From IMG/VR virus record IMGVR_UViG_3300020477_001932, positions 10,257-74,256 of that record: 64,000 nt of DNA; one strand, 5' to 3'. Shown here piece after piece: positions 1 to 9,680 of this stretch (its first letter is position 1; each line of letters begins with the position of its first letter). A program made the translations under genes and the position numbers. The stretch comes from a virus. Under the pieces are notes generated by a model, which ran no database searches, was not told the DNA's origin, and saw only the letters and a program-made list of their open reading frames with translations.

Positions 1-1
1 A

Positions 2-892
2 GAAGAAGATGGTGAAGGCGGAACAAAGAAAGCACCAGAAAACAAAACCAAACCTTCTAAAGCATCTGCAAAACAAGAAGCTAAGAAAGAAGATAAAGAA
101 GATGATGTAAAAGAAGAAGAGGAAGAAGCTGAAGAAGAAGAAGCTAAGAAAGAAGAAATCGAAGTTAATGTAGATGAAGATGTTGCTGCATTGATTAACG
201 GTGAAGAACTTTCTGAAGAATTTAAAACTAAAGCTGCTACAATCTTTGAAGCTGCTGTTAAATCTAAAATTGCAAAAATTCGCAAACAGATTAGAGAAGA
301 ATCTAAGAAAGAGCAAGACGAGCGTATTACATCTATGCAGGATGAAATGACTGAGAATATGGATAAATACCTCAACTATGCTGCTAAAGAGTGGATGGAA
401 GAAAACAAACTGGCAGTAGAACATGGTGTTCGTAACGAAGTTACAGATAGCCTTGTTGCTGGTTTGAAAAAACTATTGGAAGATCATTACATTGATGTTC
501 CAGAAGAAAAAGAAGATGTTTTTGAAAGTCTAGTAATTGAAAATAAAGAACTTGAAGAAAAACTAGACACACAAACCCAGAAGCACATGGATACCGTGAA
601 AGAATTAAATACATATAAGGCTGCTTCTATTTTCCAGACCGTTGCAGAAGGAATGGTCGATACTGATGTTGAAAAGTTTAAAGAATTGGTAGAGGACGTT
701 GATTACGACGCTGATGAACAATATGCAGAAAAATTGAATACTATCAAGAATAGCTATTTCAAATCAGATAAAAAAGATGAAGTTGTTGATAACAAGCAAA
801 CTGCTGGCACAAACAATCCAGTTGTAGATGGACAAGGTGATGGGCGTATGGATAGTGTATTAAAAGCAATTTCTAGTTTATCAAAAAAATAA
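2..892 (+). CDS. gp22: Prohead core scaffold protein gp22 (5' partial; frame open from window start)
   Basis: Acidic coiled-coil with LSEEFKTKAATIFEAAV and DKYLNYAAKEWMEENKLAVEHG motifs; directly upstream of the major capsid gene. Confidence 0.93.
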   Translation, partial: EEDGEGGTKKAPENKTKPSKASAKQEAKKEDKEDDVKEEEEEAEEEEAKKEEIEVNVDEDVAALINGEELSEEFKTKAATIFEAAVKSKIAKIRKQIREESKKEQDERITSMQDEMTENMDKYLNYAAKEWMEENKLAVEHGVRNEVTDSLVAGLKKLLEDHYIDVPEEKEDVFESLVIENKELEEKLDTQTQKHMDTVKELNTYKAASIFQTVAEGMVDTDVEKFKELVEDVDYDADEQYAEKLNTIKNSYFKSDKKDEVVDNKQTAGTNNPVVDGQGDGRMDSVLKAISSLSKK

Positions 893-948
893 TGGGATAA
901 GTGATTTAGACTTAAATTAATTAAACAAATTTTAAAGGAGTAACTAAT

Positions 949-2253
949 ATGTATATGGCAGAAGAACTTTCTGAGAAGTGGAAGCCCGTAATGGAGCATG
1001 AGGCACTTCCAGAAATAAAAGACTCTTATCGACGCGATGTTACATTGCGTTTGTTGGAAAATCAGGAGAAGTTTCTTAACGAAGCAGCTCCTACAAACTT
1101 CATGGGTGCTGCTGGTGCCGAAGGTGCTAACAAATCCGGTGGAATTGATATTTGGGATCCTATTTTGATGGGTCTAGTTCGACGCTCTATGCCTCAAATG
1201 ATCGCTTATGACATTTGTGGTGTTCAGCCTATGACTGGTCCTACGGGATTGATCTTTGCTATGAAAGCACGTTACACGAATCAAAGTGGTGGCGAAGCTT
1301 TCGGTGCAGCTGGAACCGGTGCAGACGAATCTCATACAGAGCATTCTGGTACTGGTACACATACAACAACGGATGATACCAACAATCCTTTCTCTGCTAA
1401 CGATACCTGGAAAACAGGCGGTGGTATGGCAACAGGTAATGCTGAAGCTCTCGGAGATGGTACTGGTCCTCATTTCGCAGAAATGGCTTTCACCATTGAG
1501 AAAACTTCCGTAACTGCAAAATCTCGAGCTCTGAAAGCTGAATACTCTACGGAGTTGGCTCAAGACTTGAAAGCAGTTCATGGTCTTGATGCTGAAACAG
1601 AATTGGCAAATATTTTGTCAACTGAAATTCTGCAAGAGATCAACCGTGAAGTTGTCCGCACAATTTATTATTGTGCAAAACCTGGTGCGCAGCGTGATAC
1701 AACAACAGCTGGTTCTTTTGATCTGGACACAGACTCTAACGGTCGTTGGTCAGTTGAGAAGTTCAAAGGTTTGATGTATCAAATCGAGCGTGATCGTAAC
1801 GAAATCGGACACGACACACGACGCGGCAAAGGTAACTTTATGATCTGTTCTGCTGACGTTGCATCCGCAATGGCTATGGCAGGTATGTTGGAAGCAGGTC
1901 ATGCACTTAACACAGACGATACAATGTCCACATTTGCTGGTACAATGAACGGAATGAAAGTTTACGTTGATCCTTACTACACATCTGATGTTGGTCAGTT
2001 CTACTTGGTTGGTTACAAAGGTGCATCTGCTTATGATGCAGGCCTTTTCTACTGTCCTTACGTTCCTCTACAAATGGTTCGTGCGATGGGTGAAAACACA
2101 TTCCAACCAAAAATCGGTTTCAAAACTCGTTACGGAATGGTGAAAAATCCTTTCGTAAACGGTGGTGGCGAAATTGATTTCACAACTGGTGGTACAACCG
2201 ATTTCGGTAAAAACCAATATTACAGAAAAGTTAGCATTGCCAACTTGATGTAA
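949..2253 (+). CDS. gp23: T4-like major capsid protein gp23
   Basis: GVQPMTGPTGLIFAM, KSRALKAEYSTELAQDLKAVHGLDAETEL, FYCPYVPLQ and FQPKIGFKTRYG motifs; probable maturation cleavage at FLNE/AAPTN; AAGGAG RBS. Confidence 0.99.
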   Translation: MYMAEELSEKWKPVMEHEALPEIKDSYRRDVTLRLLENQEKFLNEAAPTNFMGAAGAEGANKSGGIDIWDPILMGLVRRSMPQMIAYDICGVQPMTGPTGLIFAMKARYTNQSGGEAFGAAGTGADESHTEHSGTGTHTTTDDTNNPFSANDTWKTGGGMATGNAEALGDGTGPHFAEMAFTIEKTSVTAKSRALKAEYSTELAQDLKAVHGLDAETELANILSTEILQEINREVVRTIYYCAKPGAQRDTTTAGSFDLDTDSNGRWSVEKFKGLMYQIERDRNEIGHDTRRGKGNFMICSADVASAMAMAGMLEAGHALNTDDTMSTFAGTMNGMKVYVDPYYTSDVGQFYLVGYKGASAYDAGLFYCPYVPLQMVRAMGENTFQPKIGFKTRYGMVKNPFVNGGGEIDFTTGGTTDFGKNQYYRKVSIANLM

Positions 2254-2276
2254 TTTCAGTTTAGTTTTATTAAATC

Positions 2277-2310
2277 GGGTAGGGAACTTATGTTCCCTGC
2301 CCTTTTTTTT
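2277..2310 (+). terminator. Rho-independent terminator after gp23
   Basis: GGGTAGGGAAC-TTAT-GTTCCCTGCCC followed by T8. Confidence 0.92.
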
Positions 2311-2363
2311 GGCATGAAGAAAAAAGTCTTAAAATAGACGAGGATTCATTTTTTCTTAACTTT

Positions 2364-2396
2364 TTCCTTGCATTGGGCTTTTTTTTGTGTTATTGT
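2364..2396 (+). promoter_or_regulatory. Early-type sigma70-like promoter
   Basis: TTCC-TTGCAT, 17-bp spacer ending TGT, then TATTGT; same architecture as eight other sites in the window. Confidence 0.55.
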
Positions 2397-2420
2397 TTCT
2401 ATGTGGGTTGGGTCAAGTAT

Positions 2421-2428
2421 TATAAATA
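2421..2428 (+). promoter_or_regulatory. T4-type late promoter upstream of gp3
   Basis: Intergenic TATAAATA, the gp55 consensus. Confidence 0.75.
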
Positions 2429-2460
2429 TATATATTAACTAATTAATTAGAGTATATGAA

Positions 2461-2982
2461 ATGGCTTTAAAACCAAAAGAATTAAATCAATTAAATGTAG
2501 TATCTTTTCAAACGAACTTTACAAGGCTACCTAATGTAAACTTCTTTTGTCAAAGAGTTAATATACCAGCTATGACTCTTGGTGCGACTATTCAAACAAC
2601 ACCATTTTCAGATGTTAATTTTGCTGGTGATAAGCTTACATTTGAACAAATGACTATGAATTTTTATGTAAATGAAGATTTGTCCAATTATTTAGAAATA
2701 TATGATTGGCTTATTTCTTTGGGATTTCCAGATAATTATAAACAGTATAATCTAAAAGATAGCTCATTAAATTTTGCGGCGAATGAGACAACAACATCAG
2801 ATATGAATCTTATACTAGAAACCAATAAATCCAACCCCAATTATAGTGTAGTATTCAGAGAGGCTTTTCCTGTATCATTAGGGAGTATTGAGCTTGATAC
2901 TGCAGCCACAACATTAGAGCCGATTGTAGTTGATGCTACATTTGCTTATTCTGGCTCATTTTCTATCGACAAAATTATCTAA
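2461..2982 (+). CDS. gp3: Tail completion / tail tube terminator protein gp3-like
   Basis: PNVNFFCQRVNIP, GDKLTFE, VNEDLSNYLEIYDWL and AFPVSLG motifs; usual position between gp23 and uvsY. Confidence 0.85.
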   Translation: MALKPKELNQLNVVSFQTNFTRLPNVNFFCQRVNIPAMTLGATIQTTPFSDVNFAGDKLTFEQMTMNFYVNEDLSNYLEIYDWLISLGFPDNYKQYNLKDSSLNFAANETTTSDMNLILETNKSNPNYSVVFREAFPVSLGSIELDTAATTLEPIVVDATFAYSGSFSIDKII

Positions 2983-2986
2983 CTTG

Positions 2987-3019
2987 TTCCTTGTATTTCC
3001 AATATTATTTTGTTATACT
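2987..3019 (+). promoter_or_regulatory. Early promoter for uvsY-uvsW (probably leaderless)
   Basis: TTCC-TTGTAT-17bp(TGT)-TATACT; 7 nt separate the -10 box from the ATG; no SD. Confidence 0.75.
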
Positions 3020-3026
3020 TTAAAGT

Positions 3027-3464
3027 ATGAAAATTGAAGAACTAAAAGAAATGATTAACAAAGATGCAGCTTTCTTAAAAGAAGAAAGTCATATGGACAC
3101 CTCTTCGCTTTCTATACCAGAATTACACGCAAAGTATTTGTCTATAATATATGATGAAAAGCTTGCATTAGATTATTTTAAAGTAGAATATAAAGTTTTA
3201 AAACGTGATAAATGGATATATTATACTGGAAAAGCTGACCCTGATGTATATGAACAAAAACCTTTTAATTTAAATATATTAAAAGCAGATGTTGATAAGT
3301 TCCTTGATGCCGATACAGATTTAAATGCACTTCATTTAAAAGTTAGAGCTCAAGAAGAAAAACTTAATTTAATAACAGAGATAGTTAAAAGTATTGTGGG
3401 TCATTCTTTTAGTGTTGGTAATGCAATAAAATGGAAAAAATTTTTGAATGGTGAGCTTGGATGA
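3027..3464 (+). CDS. uvsY: Recombination mediator UvsY
   Basis: IPELHAKYL, KWIYYTGKADP and NAIKWKKF motifs; precedes uvsW. Confidence 0.9.
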   Translation: MKIEELKEMINKDAAFLKEESHMDTSSLSIPELHAKYLSIIYDEKLALDYFKVEYKVLKRDKWIYYTGKADPDVYEQKPFNLNILKADVDKFLDADTDLNALHLKVRAQEEKLNLITEIVKSIVGHSFSVGNAIKWKKFLNGELG

Positions 3465-4948
3465 TTGTGGTTGGAAAACTGAATGAAACTTTCTTACAAG
3501 TATCTTGTGAGAGACACGTTGCGTATGAATTGAATGAGTATTTTTCTTTTAAAGTACCAAACTTTCAATTTCATCCGAAGTTTAAAGCGAAACTATGGGA
3601 TGGTAAGATACGTTTGTTTAATATTCAAACTGGACAAATGTATCTTGGACTATACCCATACTTGAAGGAATGGGCAGATAAACATTCTTACAAATTACAA
3701 TCCGACATAGTAGAGGCCCGAAAGTTAAAGGGCATGGGTGTTACGGAGATAAAAGAGTTTTTTGATTCGTTAAAACTCCATTGTAAGAATGTTCCCATTA
3801 CTCCAAGAGATTATCAAGTTTCATCATTCATTCATTGTGTTAAACAAGAAAGAGCTTTGTTGTTGTCTCCTACTTCATCAGGAAAGAGTCTGGTTATATA
3901 TTCATTAATTAGATGGCATCAACGGTTCATTGAGAATGATAAGATATTAATATTAGTACCAACAACAAATCTTGTTAGACAGATGTATAATGATTTTGGT
4001 GATTATTCGTCAAAACTAAAAGATTGGAATGTTGAAGAACAATGCCACCAAATATATTCTGGTAAAGAAAAAGAAACAAACAAACAGATATATATAAGTA
4101 CATGGCAATCCCTATTCCGTTTGGGGACCCCATACTTCAAGAAATTTGGAATGGTTATAGGTGATGAAGCTCATTTATGTAATGCCCAAAGTCTCAAAGG
4201 TATTTTGGAAAAGATGGTAACGTGCAGATACCGATTTGGAACTACTGGAACAATTACTGATTCTAAGACTAATAAATTAGTATTAGAGGGATTGTTTGGA
4301 AAGACTTATCAAGCCATTACTTCAAAAGAATTGATGGATGATAAACATATATCTGATTTAAAGATTGAGTGTTTGGTTTTAGGATATACAGATAAAGAAA
4401 AACAGTTATTAAAGAAAGCAACATATCAAGAAGAAATAGATTTTATCGTTTCAAGTCCGAAAAGAAATGAATTTATATGTGAATTAGCATTGGCCAGAAA
4501 AGGTAACGTATTGGTCTTATTTAATTATGTAGAGAAGCATGGTAAAGTTTTAGAGAAAATATTGAAGTCTAAATTAAAGACAGACAGAAATATTTTCTTT
4601 ATAGCTGGTGAAACTTCAGTAGAGGATAGAGAATCTATTAGGCAAATCACGGAAGTTGAAAACTCTATTATTGTGGCATCATCAGGAGTATTGTCAACGG
4701 GTGTCAATATTAAAAATTTACAATCATTAATATTTGCTCATCCATATAAAGGTAAGATTAGAAATCTTCAATCCATAGGAAGGGTGTTACGATTAGATGA
4801 TAAAGAAAACAAGGCTATATTGTTTGATGTAGTTGATGATCTTAGTTGGAAGAAACACCAAAATTATGGGATTAAACATTGGAGTGAAAGAGTGAAAACT
4901 TATACTAATGAGAAGTTTGAATATAATATTAGAGAAATAACTTTATAA
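3461..4948 (+). CDS. uvsW: UvsW SF2 DNA helicase
   Basis: WDGKIRLF, PRDYQ, SPTSSGKS, DEAH, GTTGT and QSIGRVLR motifs. Confidence 0.96.
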   Translation: MIVVGKLNETFLQVSCERHVAYELNEYFSFKVPNFQFHPKFKAKLWDGKIRLFNIQTGQMYLGLYPYLKEWADKHSYKLQSDIVEARKLKGMGVTEIKEFFDSLKLHCKNVPITPRDYQVSSFIHCVKQERALLLSPTSSGKSLVIYSLIRWHQRFIENDKILILVPTTNLVRQMYNDFGDYSSKLKDWNVEEQCHQIYSGKEKETNKQIYISTWQSLFRLGTPYFKKFGMVIGDEAHLCNAQSLKGILEKMVTCRYRFGTTGTITDSKTNKLVLEGLFGKTYQAITSKELMDDKHISDLKIECLVLGYTDKEKQLLKKATYQEEIDFIVSSPKRNEFICELALARKGNVLVLFNYVEKHGKVLEKILKSKLKTDRNIFFIAGETSVEDRESIRQITEVENSIIVASSGVLSTGVNIKNLQSLIFAHPYKGKIRNLQSIGRVLRLDDKENKAILFDVVDDLSWKKHQNYGIKHWSERVKTYTNEKFEYNIREITL

Positions 4949-4959
4949 AGGAAAATAAA

Positions 4960-5121
4960 ATGGGTAAAACTTACAAGAAGATTGTGAGAAACAAATTTGA
5001 AAAGAAAAAATTTAATAACTTAAAGAAAAAACAATTAGAAGAGGAATATGAAGATGAGTACGAAGAAGATGAAGTCTTGTCGGAGGTGCAAGACCAAGAC
5101 GGAACACAAAAAGACCTCTGA
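4960..5121 (+). CDS. Small basic/acidic hypothetical protein (53 aa; not in ORF track)
   Basis: AAGGA RBS; translates to MGKTYKKIVRNKFEKKK...EEEYEDEYEEDE. Confidence 0.6.
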   Translation: MGKTYKKIVRNKFEKKKFNNLKKKQLEEEYEDEYEEDEVLSEVQDQDGTQKDL

Positions 5122-5251
5122 AGGATTTGCAGGTAAAATATATTATGAAGATTTTACTTGTAGTGTATGTGGTGCTATAAATTTATTTAAAAAACGAAAA
5201 TTACCAAAACATGAGACAATATATTATGTTAGTTCTAATTGTCCCTACTAA
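5048..5251 (+). CDS. Small zinc-ribbon protein
   Basis: CRRC...CSVCG; GAGGA RBS. Confidence 0.6.
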   Translation: MKMSTKKMKSCRRCKTKTEHKKTSEGFAGKIYYEDFTCSVCGAINLFKKRKLPKHETIYYVSSNCPY

Positions 5252-5263
5252 AAGGAATATAAA

Positions 5264-5689
5264 ATGAAAGTTAATATGATTAATAAAAGTGAAAATCCAT
5301 TACCAAAGTATGCAAAAGAAGGTGATGCTGGTATGGATATTTGTGCAGCTGAAGATGTTGCTATACCAGCATTTTGTTGGGAGGCAATTTTAACTGGAAT
5401 ATATATGCAACTTCCAGAAGGCTATGAATGTCAAATAAGATCAAGGTCTGGATTAGCTGCAAAACATGGTATTCAAGTTTTAAATAGTCCTGGCACTATT
5501 GATTCTGGTTATCGTGGTGAAGTTAAAGTTATATTAAAAAATAATGCATACGCACCTTATGATATTAAAAAAGGTGATAGAATTGCACAGATGGTTTTTG
5601 CACCTGTAACAACTGCATCTATTACAGAAGTTGCTGAACTTTCTGATTCAGAACGTGGTGAAGGTGGATTGGGGAGTACAGGAAAATGA
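5264..5689 (+). CDS. dut: dUTP diphosphatase (trimeric)
   Basis: AGMDI, RSRSGLA, PGTIDSGYRGE, GDRIAQ and RGEGGLGSTG motifs. Confidence 0.97.
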   Translation: MKVNMINKSENPLPKYAKEGDAGMDICAAEDVAIPAFCWEAILTGIYMQLPEGYECQIRSRSGLAAKHGIQVLNSPGTIDSGYRGEVKVILKNNAYAPYDIKKGDRIAQMVFAPVTTASITEVAELSDSERGEGGLGSTGK

Positions 5690-6210
5690 CTGATAAGAAA
5701 AAACATTATGTTGACAATGAGAAGTTTTTTACTGAAATGAAGAAATGGAAGCAAAGAGTACATGATGCTCGTGAGGTGGAAGATGATGATCCACCTACAA
5801 CTGAATATATGGGTGAGTGTTTTCTAAAGATTTGTGAACATCTAGCCATGCGTCCAAATTTTATTAATTACACATTCCGTGATGATTTGATTTCTGATGG
5901 AATCGAGAATTGTTTGCTTTATGCTCACAATTTCAATCCAGAAAAATCGAAGAATCCTTTTTCATATTTTACACAAATTATTCATCATGCTTACGTTAGG
6001 AGGATAGTAAAAGAAAGAAAATTAATGCACGTTAAATATCTGCTCGTTGAACGGGAAGGTATATTAGAAGAAATAAGTAAATCTGGTGAAAGCCATAAAA
6101 AAATGACTAAAGAATGGGTGGACTATTTAAGAACCCATGAAAAATATGCTGTAAATCCAACAAAGAAGAAAAAGAAGAAGAAGGCTGATTTAGAGTTGTA
6201 TTATAGATAA
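5686..6210 (+). CDS. gp55: Late-transcription sigma factor gp55
   Basis: HYVDNEKF, PNFINYTFRDDLISDGIENC and NPFSYFTQI motifs; C-terminal DLELYYR clamp-binding-like peptide. Confidence 0.95.
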   Translation: MTDKKKHYVDNEKFFTEMKKWKQRVHDAREVEDDDPPTTEYMGECFLKICEHLAMRPNFINYTFRDDLISDGIENCLLYAHNFNPEKSKNPFSYFTQIIHHAYVRRIVKERKLMHVKYLLVEREGILEEISKSGESHKKMTKEWVDYLRTHEKYAVNPTKKKKKKKADLELYYR

Positions 6211-6217
6211 AAAGTTT

Positions 6218-6250
6218 TTCCTTGTATTTTTAATTAATTTATAGTATAAT
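6218..6250 (+). promoter_or_regulatory. Early promoter upstream of the gp47/46 operon
   Basis: TTCC-TTGTAT-17bp-TATAAT. Confidence 0.75.
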
Positions 6251-6264
6251 TCTTGGAGTTATTA

Positions 6265-6501
6265 ATGGATTATCATGTTATGGCTAATGAAGAATGTCAA
6301 AGATGCAAACAATTTGAATTAGACCATAAATTTAAACATTGTTCTTTTACAGTAAGTCGTTTGGAAAATGGAAACGCATTACAAGAATTTGAATGTTCAA
6401 GATGTAAATTTAAATGGGAAAGGATATATGAAAGTAGCTCTAATTACAGATCAACATTTCGGGGGAAAACAGGACAGTCAGAACTTTTTAAATCACATTG
6501 A
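6265..6501 (+). CDS. Zinc-ribbon hypothetical protein overlapping gp47
   Basis: GGAG RBS; CQRC...CSRC. Confidence 0.55.
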   Translation: MDYHVMANEECQRCKQFELDHKFKHCSFTVSRLENGNALQEFECSRCKFKWERIYESSSNYRSTFRGKTGQSELFKSH

Positions 6502-7495
6502 GAGGTTTTACCGTGAACAATTTTTTCCATATTTGTCTGAAAATAACATTCATACTGTTATTGATCTTGGCGATACTTTTGATCGCAGAAAGTTTGTTAA
6601 TTTTAATACATTAGATAAAGTACGTCAATTTTATTTTGATGTATTCTACGAAAACGGTATTAAATTACATTCTATCGTAGGCAATCATTCTACTTATTAC
6701 AGAAATACAAATTCTGTTAATAGCTCTGAATTACTTTATGGTCATTATGATAATATTGAAGTCTATCCAGAAGTTGAAACGATATGCCTTGATGGAACAC
6801 TTATTGATTTAATACCTTGGATAAATTCAGAAAATTATGATAAGACAATGTATTTTATCAAAAATTCTAAATCACAAATTGCTCTTGGACATTTAGAAGT
6901 TGCTGGATTTGCCATGTATAAAGGATATAATGCAGAGGATGGTATTGCAAAAGATATATTTAAAGGATATGAGATAGTATGTTCTGGTCATTATCATCAT
7001 AAGTCAAGTAAAGATAACATTCATTATCTTGGAGCTCCATACGAAATTACATGGAATGATTATGATGATCCTAGAGGGTTTCATGTATTAGATACAGAAA
7101 TCAGAGAAATAGAGTTTATTCGTAATAAGTTTAGGTTGTTTGAAAAAATATATTATGATGATGAAAATACAGATTATGATACAATAGATACTGGTTATTA
7201 TAAGAATAAGATAGTTAAACTGATTGTAGAAAATAAGAATAACACAAATAATTATGAGAATTTTGTGGATAAGTTATATGAATCAGAATTAGCTGATTTA
7301 ACTATACTTGAAGATTTGTCAGAGTATAGTGCTAGATATAGTGAAGATGAAGATGATGATGTTGAAATAAGTAATACTTCAGATTTCTTAGATGAGTATG
7401 TTGATGGTATGTCTGAAAATAAGAGTGAAGAAAAGGTTAAAGTAAAAAAATTATTAAAAGTTATTTATGATGAAGCCCTTAACATGGATGAATAA
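6428..7495 (+). CDS. gp47: Recombination endonuclease gp47 (Mre11/SbcD-like)
   Basis: TDQHFG, DLGDTFDRR, GNH, GHLE and SGHYH metallophosphoesterase motifs; start moved to MKVALIT. Confidence 0.95.
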   Translation: MKVALITDQHFGGKQDSQNFLNHIERFYREQFFPYLSENNIHTVIDLGDTFDRRKFVNFNTLDKVRQFYFDVFYENGIKLHSIVGNHSTYYRNTNSVNSSELLYGHYDNIEVYPEVETICLDGTLIDLIPWINSENYDKTMYFIKNSKSQIALGHLEVAGFAMYKGYNAEDGIAKDIFKGYEIVCSGHYHHKSSKDNIHYLGAPYEITWNDYDDPRGFHVLDTEIREIEFIRNKFRLFEKIYYDDENTDYDTIDTGYYKNKIVKLIVENKNNTNNYENFVDKLYESELADLTILEDLSEYSARYSEDEDDDVEISNTSDFLDEYVDGMSENKSEEKVKVKKLLKVIYDEALNMDE

Positions 7496-9195
7496 TGATT
7501 GTATTAAAAACTGTTAGATGGAAGAATTTTCTATCGACTGGTAATCAATTTTTAGAGGTACAATTAGATAAAGAACCAATGACATTAATCGTTGGTAAAA
7601 ATGGTGCTGGTAAATCGACATTAATTGATGCCATCACCTTTTCTTTATTTGGAAAGCCTTTTAAAAGGATTAATAAAGGCCAGTTGATGAACTCTGTCAA
7701 TGAAAAAGATTTAGTTACAGAGATTGAGTTTAACATTGGTAAAAGTAAATGGAAAGTAAGGCGTGGTATTAAACCAGCTTTATTTGAAATCTACCACAAT
7801 GGTAAAATAATCAACCAAGATGCAAAGAGTACAGATTATCAGAAGTATCTTGAAGATAAAGTTTTAAAATTGAATTTTAAATCATTTACTCAAATTGTCG
7901 TATTGGGCTCAGCTTCATTTGTTCCCTTTATGCAGTTATCAGCAAATGATAGACGAATTATTATTGAGGATATTCTGGATATTGGTATATTCTCTGTTAT
8001 GAAGAATTTACTCAAAGATCGTTCAATGCTTCTCAAGGAAGAAATGAGTGAGATTGAATATGAGATTAAATTGCTTCAAGAGAAAATCAAGATACAAGAA
8101 AAACATTTAAAGGAATTGAAAGAAAAAACAGCTTCTAAACGAAAATCTGATTTAGAGAAAATAGAGGAGACGCAAGACGAAATTGCTAGACTTACAGAGG
8201 AGATAGAAGATCATCAAGATATGGTGGTATCCTTGATGAAGTCTATTGCAGATGAAAATACGACACATAAAAAGAATAGTGAGTTGGATAAGTATCGTTC
8301 ACAGATAAATAAGAATTTAAAGAAACTTAATAAGGATAAAAAGTTTTTTGCAGAAAAAGAAAATTGTCCTACTTGTGAACAAGATATTGATGAAGTATTT
8401 AAGAAAAGTAAGTTAAATTCTTTACAAGATGATATTGAAGAAATGGATGATGGTCTTGAAAAGATAGAAACTGAAATTCAGAAAGTTTTTGACCGTTTAG
8501 CTGAAATTAATTTAGTTAATAAAGATATACAAAAAGAAGAAAATGAGATTAGAACAAAGAATGGATATATTAAATCTCATAATAGCTTTATTAAGCATTT
8601 AAACGAAGAACTAACCAACATAGTAGAAGAAGCTGATGAGGGTAAGATAAAGATTTTAAATAGTGAATTAGAAGATCAAAAGAAGTCCAGAAGTGAATAT
8701 ACAGAGCAAAAGAGATATTATGATATTCTTGGTGCTATATTAAATGATAAAGGTATTAAGACAAGGATTATACGGAAGTATCTTCCTTTCATAAATAACC
8801 ATGTAAACAATTATCTTAAAGATATGGATTTCTTTGTTAATTTCCAGCTGGATGAGAATTTTCAAGAAACCATTAAGAGTAGGCATAGGGATGATTTCTC
8901 TTACTACTCATTTTCAGAAGGTGAAAAGAAAAGAATTGATATTGCATTATTGTTGACTTGGAGGCATATAGCTTCTATGCGTAATTCTGTTAATGTCAAT
9001 CTTTTGATATTGGATGAAGTATTTGATGCAAGTTTAGATCAGGCTGGTGTAGATGATTTGATGAAGTTGTTTAATATACTAAATAAGACGAACTTGTTTA
9101 TTATATCACATAAACTGGATATACTAGATGATAAGTTTCCAGCCAAGATAACAGTTGAGAAACTTAAAAACTTTACAACAATGGATTATAGATGA
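7495..9195 (+). CDS. gp46: Recombination ATPase gp46 (Rad50/SbcC-like)
   Basis: GKNGAGKS Walker A, CPTC zinc hook, FSEGEK signature, LILDEVFD Walker B. Confidence 0.96.
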   Translation: MIVLKTVRWKNFLSTGNQFLEVQLDKEPMTLIVGKNGAGKSTLIDAITFSLFGKPFKRINKGQLMNSVNEKDLVTEIEFNIGKSKWKVRRGIKPALFEIYHNGKIINQDAKSTDYQKYLEDKVLKLNFKSFTQIVVLGSASFVPFMQLSANDRRIIIEDILDIGIFSVMKNLLKDRSMLLKEEMSEIEYEIKLLQEKIKIQEKHLKELKEKTASKRKSDLEKIEETQDEIARLTEEIEDHQDMVVSLMKSIADENTTHKKNSELDKYRSQINKNLKKLNKDKKFFAEKENCPTCEQDIDEVFKKSKLNSLQDDIEEMDDGLEKIETEIQKVFDRLAEINLVNKDIQKEENEIRTKNGYIKSHNSFIKHLNEELTNIVEEADEGKIKILNSELEDQKKSRSEYTEQKRYYDILGAILNDKGIKTRIIRKYLPFINNHVNNYLKDMDFFVNFQLDENFQETIKSRHRDDFSYYSFSEGEKKRIDIALLLTWRHIASMRNSVNVNLLILDEVFDASLDQAGVDDLMKLFNILNKTNLFIISHKLDILDDKFPAKITVEKLKNFTTMDYR

Positions 9196-9374
9196 AATTT
9201 ATTGTGTTGATGTGGATTCTTTCATTTTCTGATTTATCTGGTGAAATTCGTGCTTATGAGGGTTCATTAGATGAATGTTTATTAACTTCAATGTTATTCA
9301 ACCAAAATCATAAAAATAAATATTCTGGTTGTTTTATAATATCTAAACAATACAGTTATGTACCAAGGGAGTAG
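9192..9374 (+). CDS. Small hypothetical protein, possibly exported
   Basis: Hydrophobic N-terminus; ATGA coupling to gp46. Confidence 0.5.
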   Translation: MKFIVLMWILSFSDLSGEIRAYEGSLDECLLTSMLFNQNHKNKYSGCFIISKQYSYVPRE

Positions 9375-9376
9375 AA

Positions 9377-9598
9377 ATGCCGTTATACAGTTATCGTTGC
9401 AACCAATGTGGTTTTGTTGATGAAGTATTTATTGATGTAAGTAAAAGAGATAAGAAGTGGCCGTGTGAGCAAGAAGGATGTACTGGTGTTATGATAAGAG
9501 AGTTGGATGCTCCATCATTCCAGTTAAAGGGTGATGGATGGTATAAAGACGGATATACTAAAAAACCAAAGAAAGAGGAAAAAAATGAAAATAGTTAA
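9377..9598 (+). CDS. FmdB-family zinc-ribbon protein
   Basis: MPLYSYRCNQCG...C..C...FQLKGDGWYKDGY. Confidence 0.85.
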   Translation: MPLYSYRCNQCGFVDEVFIDVSKRDKKWPCEQEGCTGVMIRELDAPSFQLKGDGWYKDGYTKKPKKEEKNENS

Positions 9599-9680
9599 AT
9601 GGGCATTAATATTAGGTGTAATAGGATTTGTGGGGTATTGGGCATTGAGAATATTAACAGCTATTGCGGTATTACATTAA
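9585..9680 (+). CDS. 31-aa single-TM membrane peptide (not in ORF track)
   Basis: GAGGA RBS; MKIVKWALILGVIGFVGYWALRILTAIAVLH; fills the gap exactly up to the next start. Confidence 0.55.
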   Translation: MKIVKWALILGVIGFVGYWALRILTAIAVLH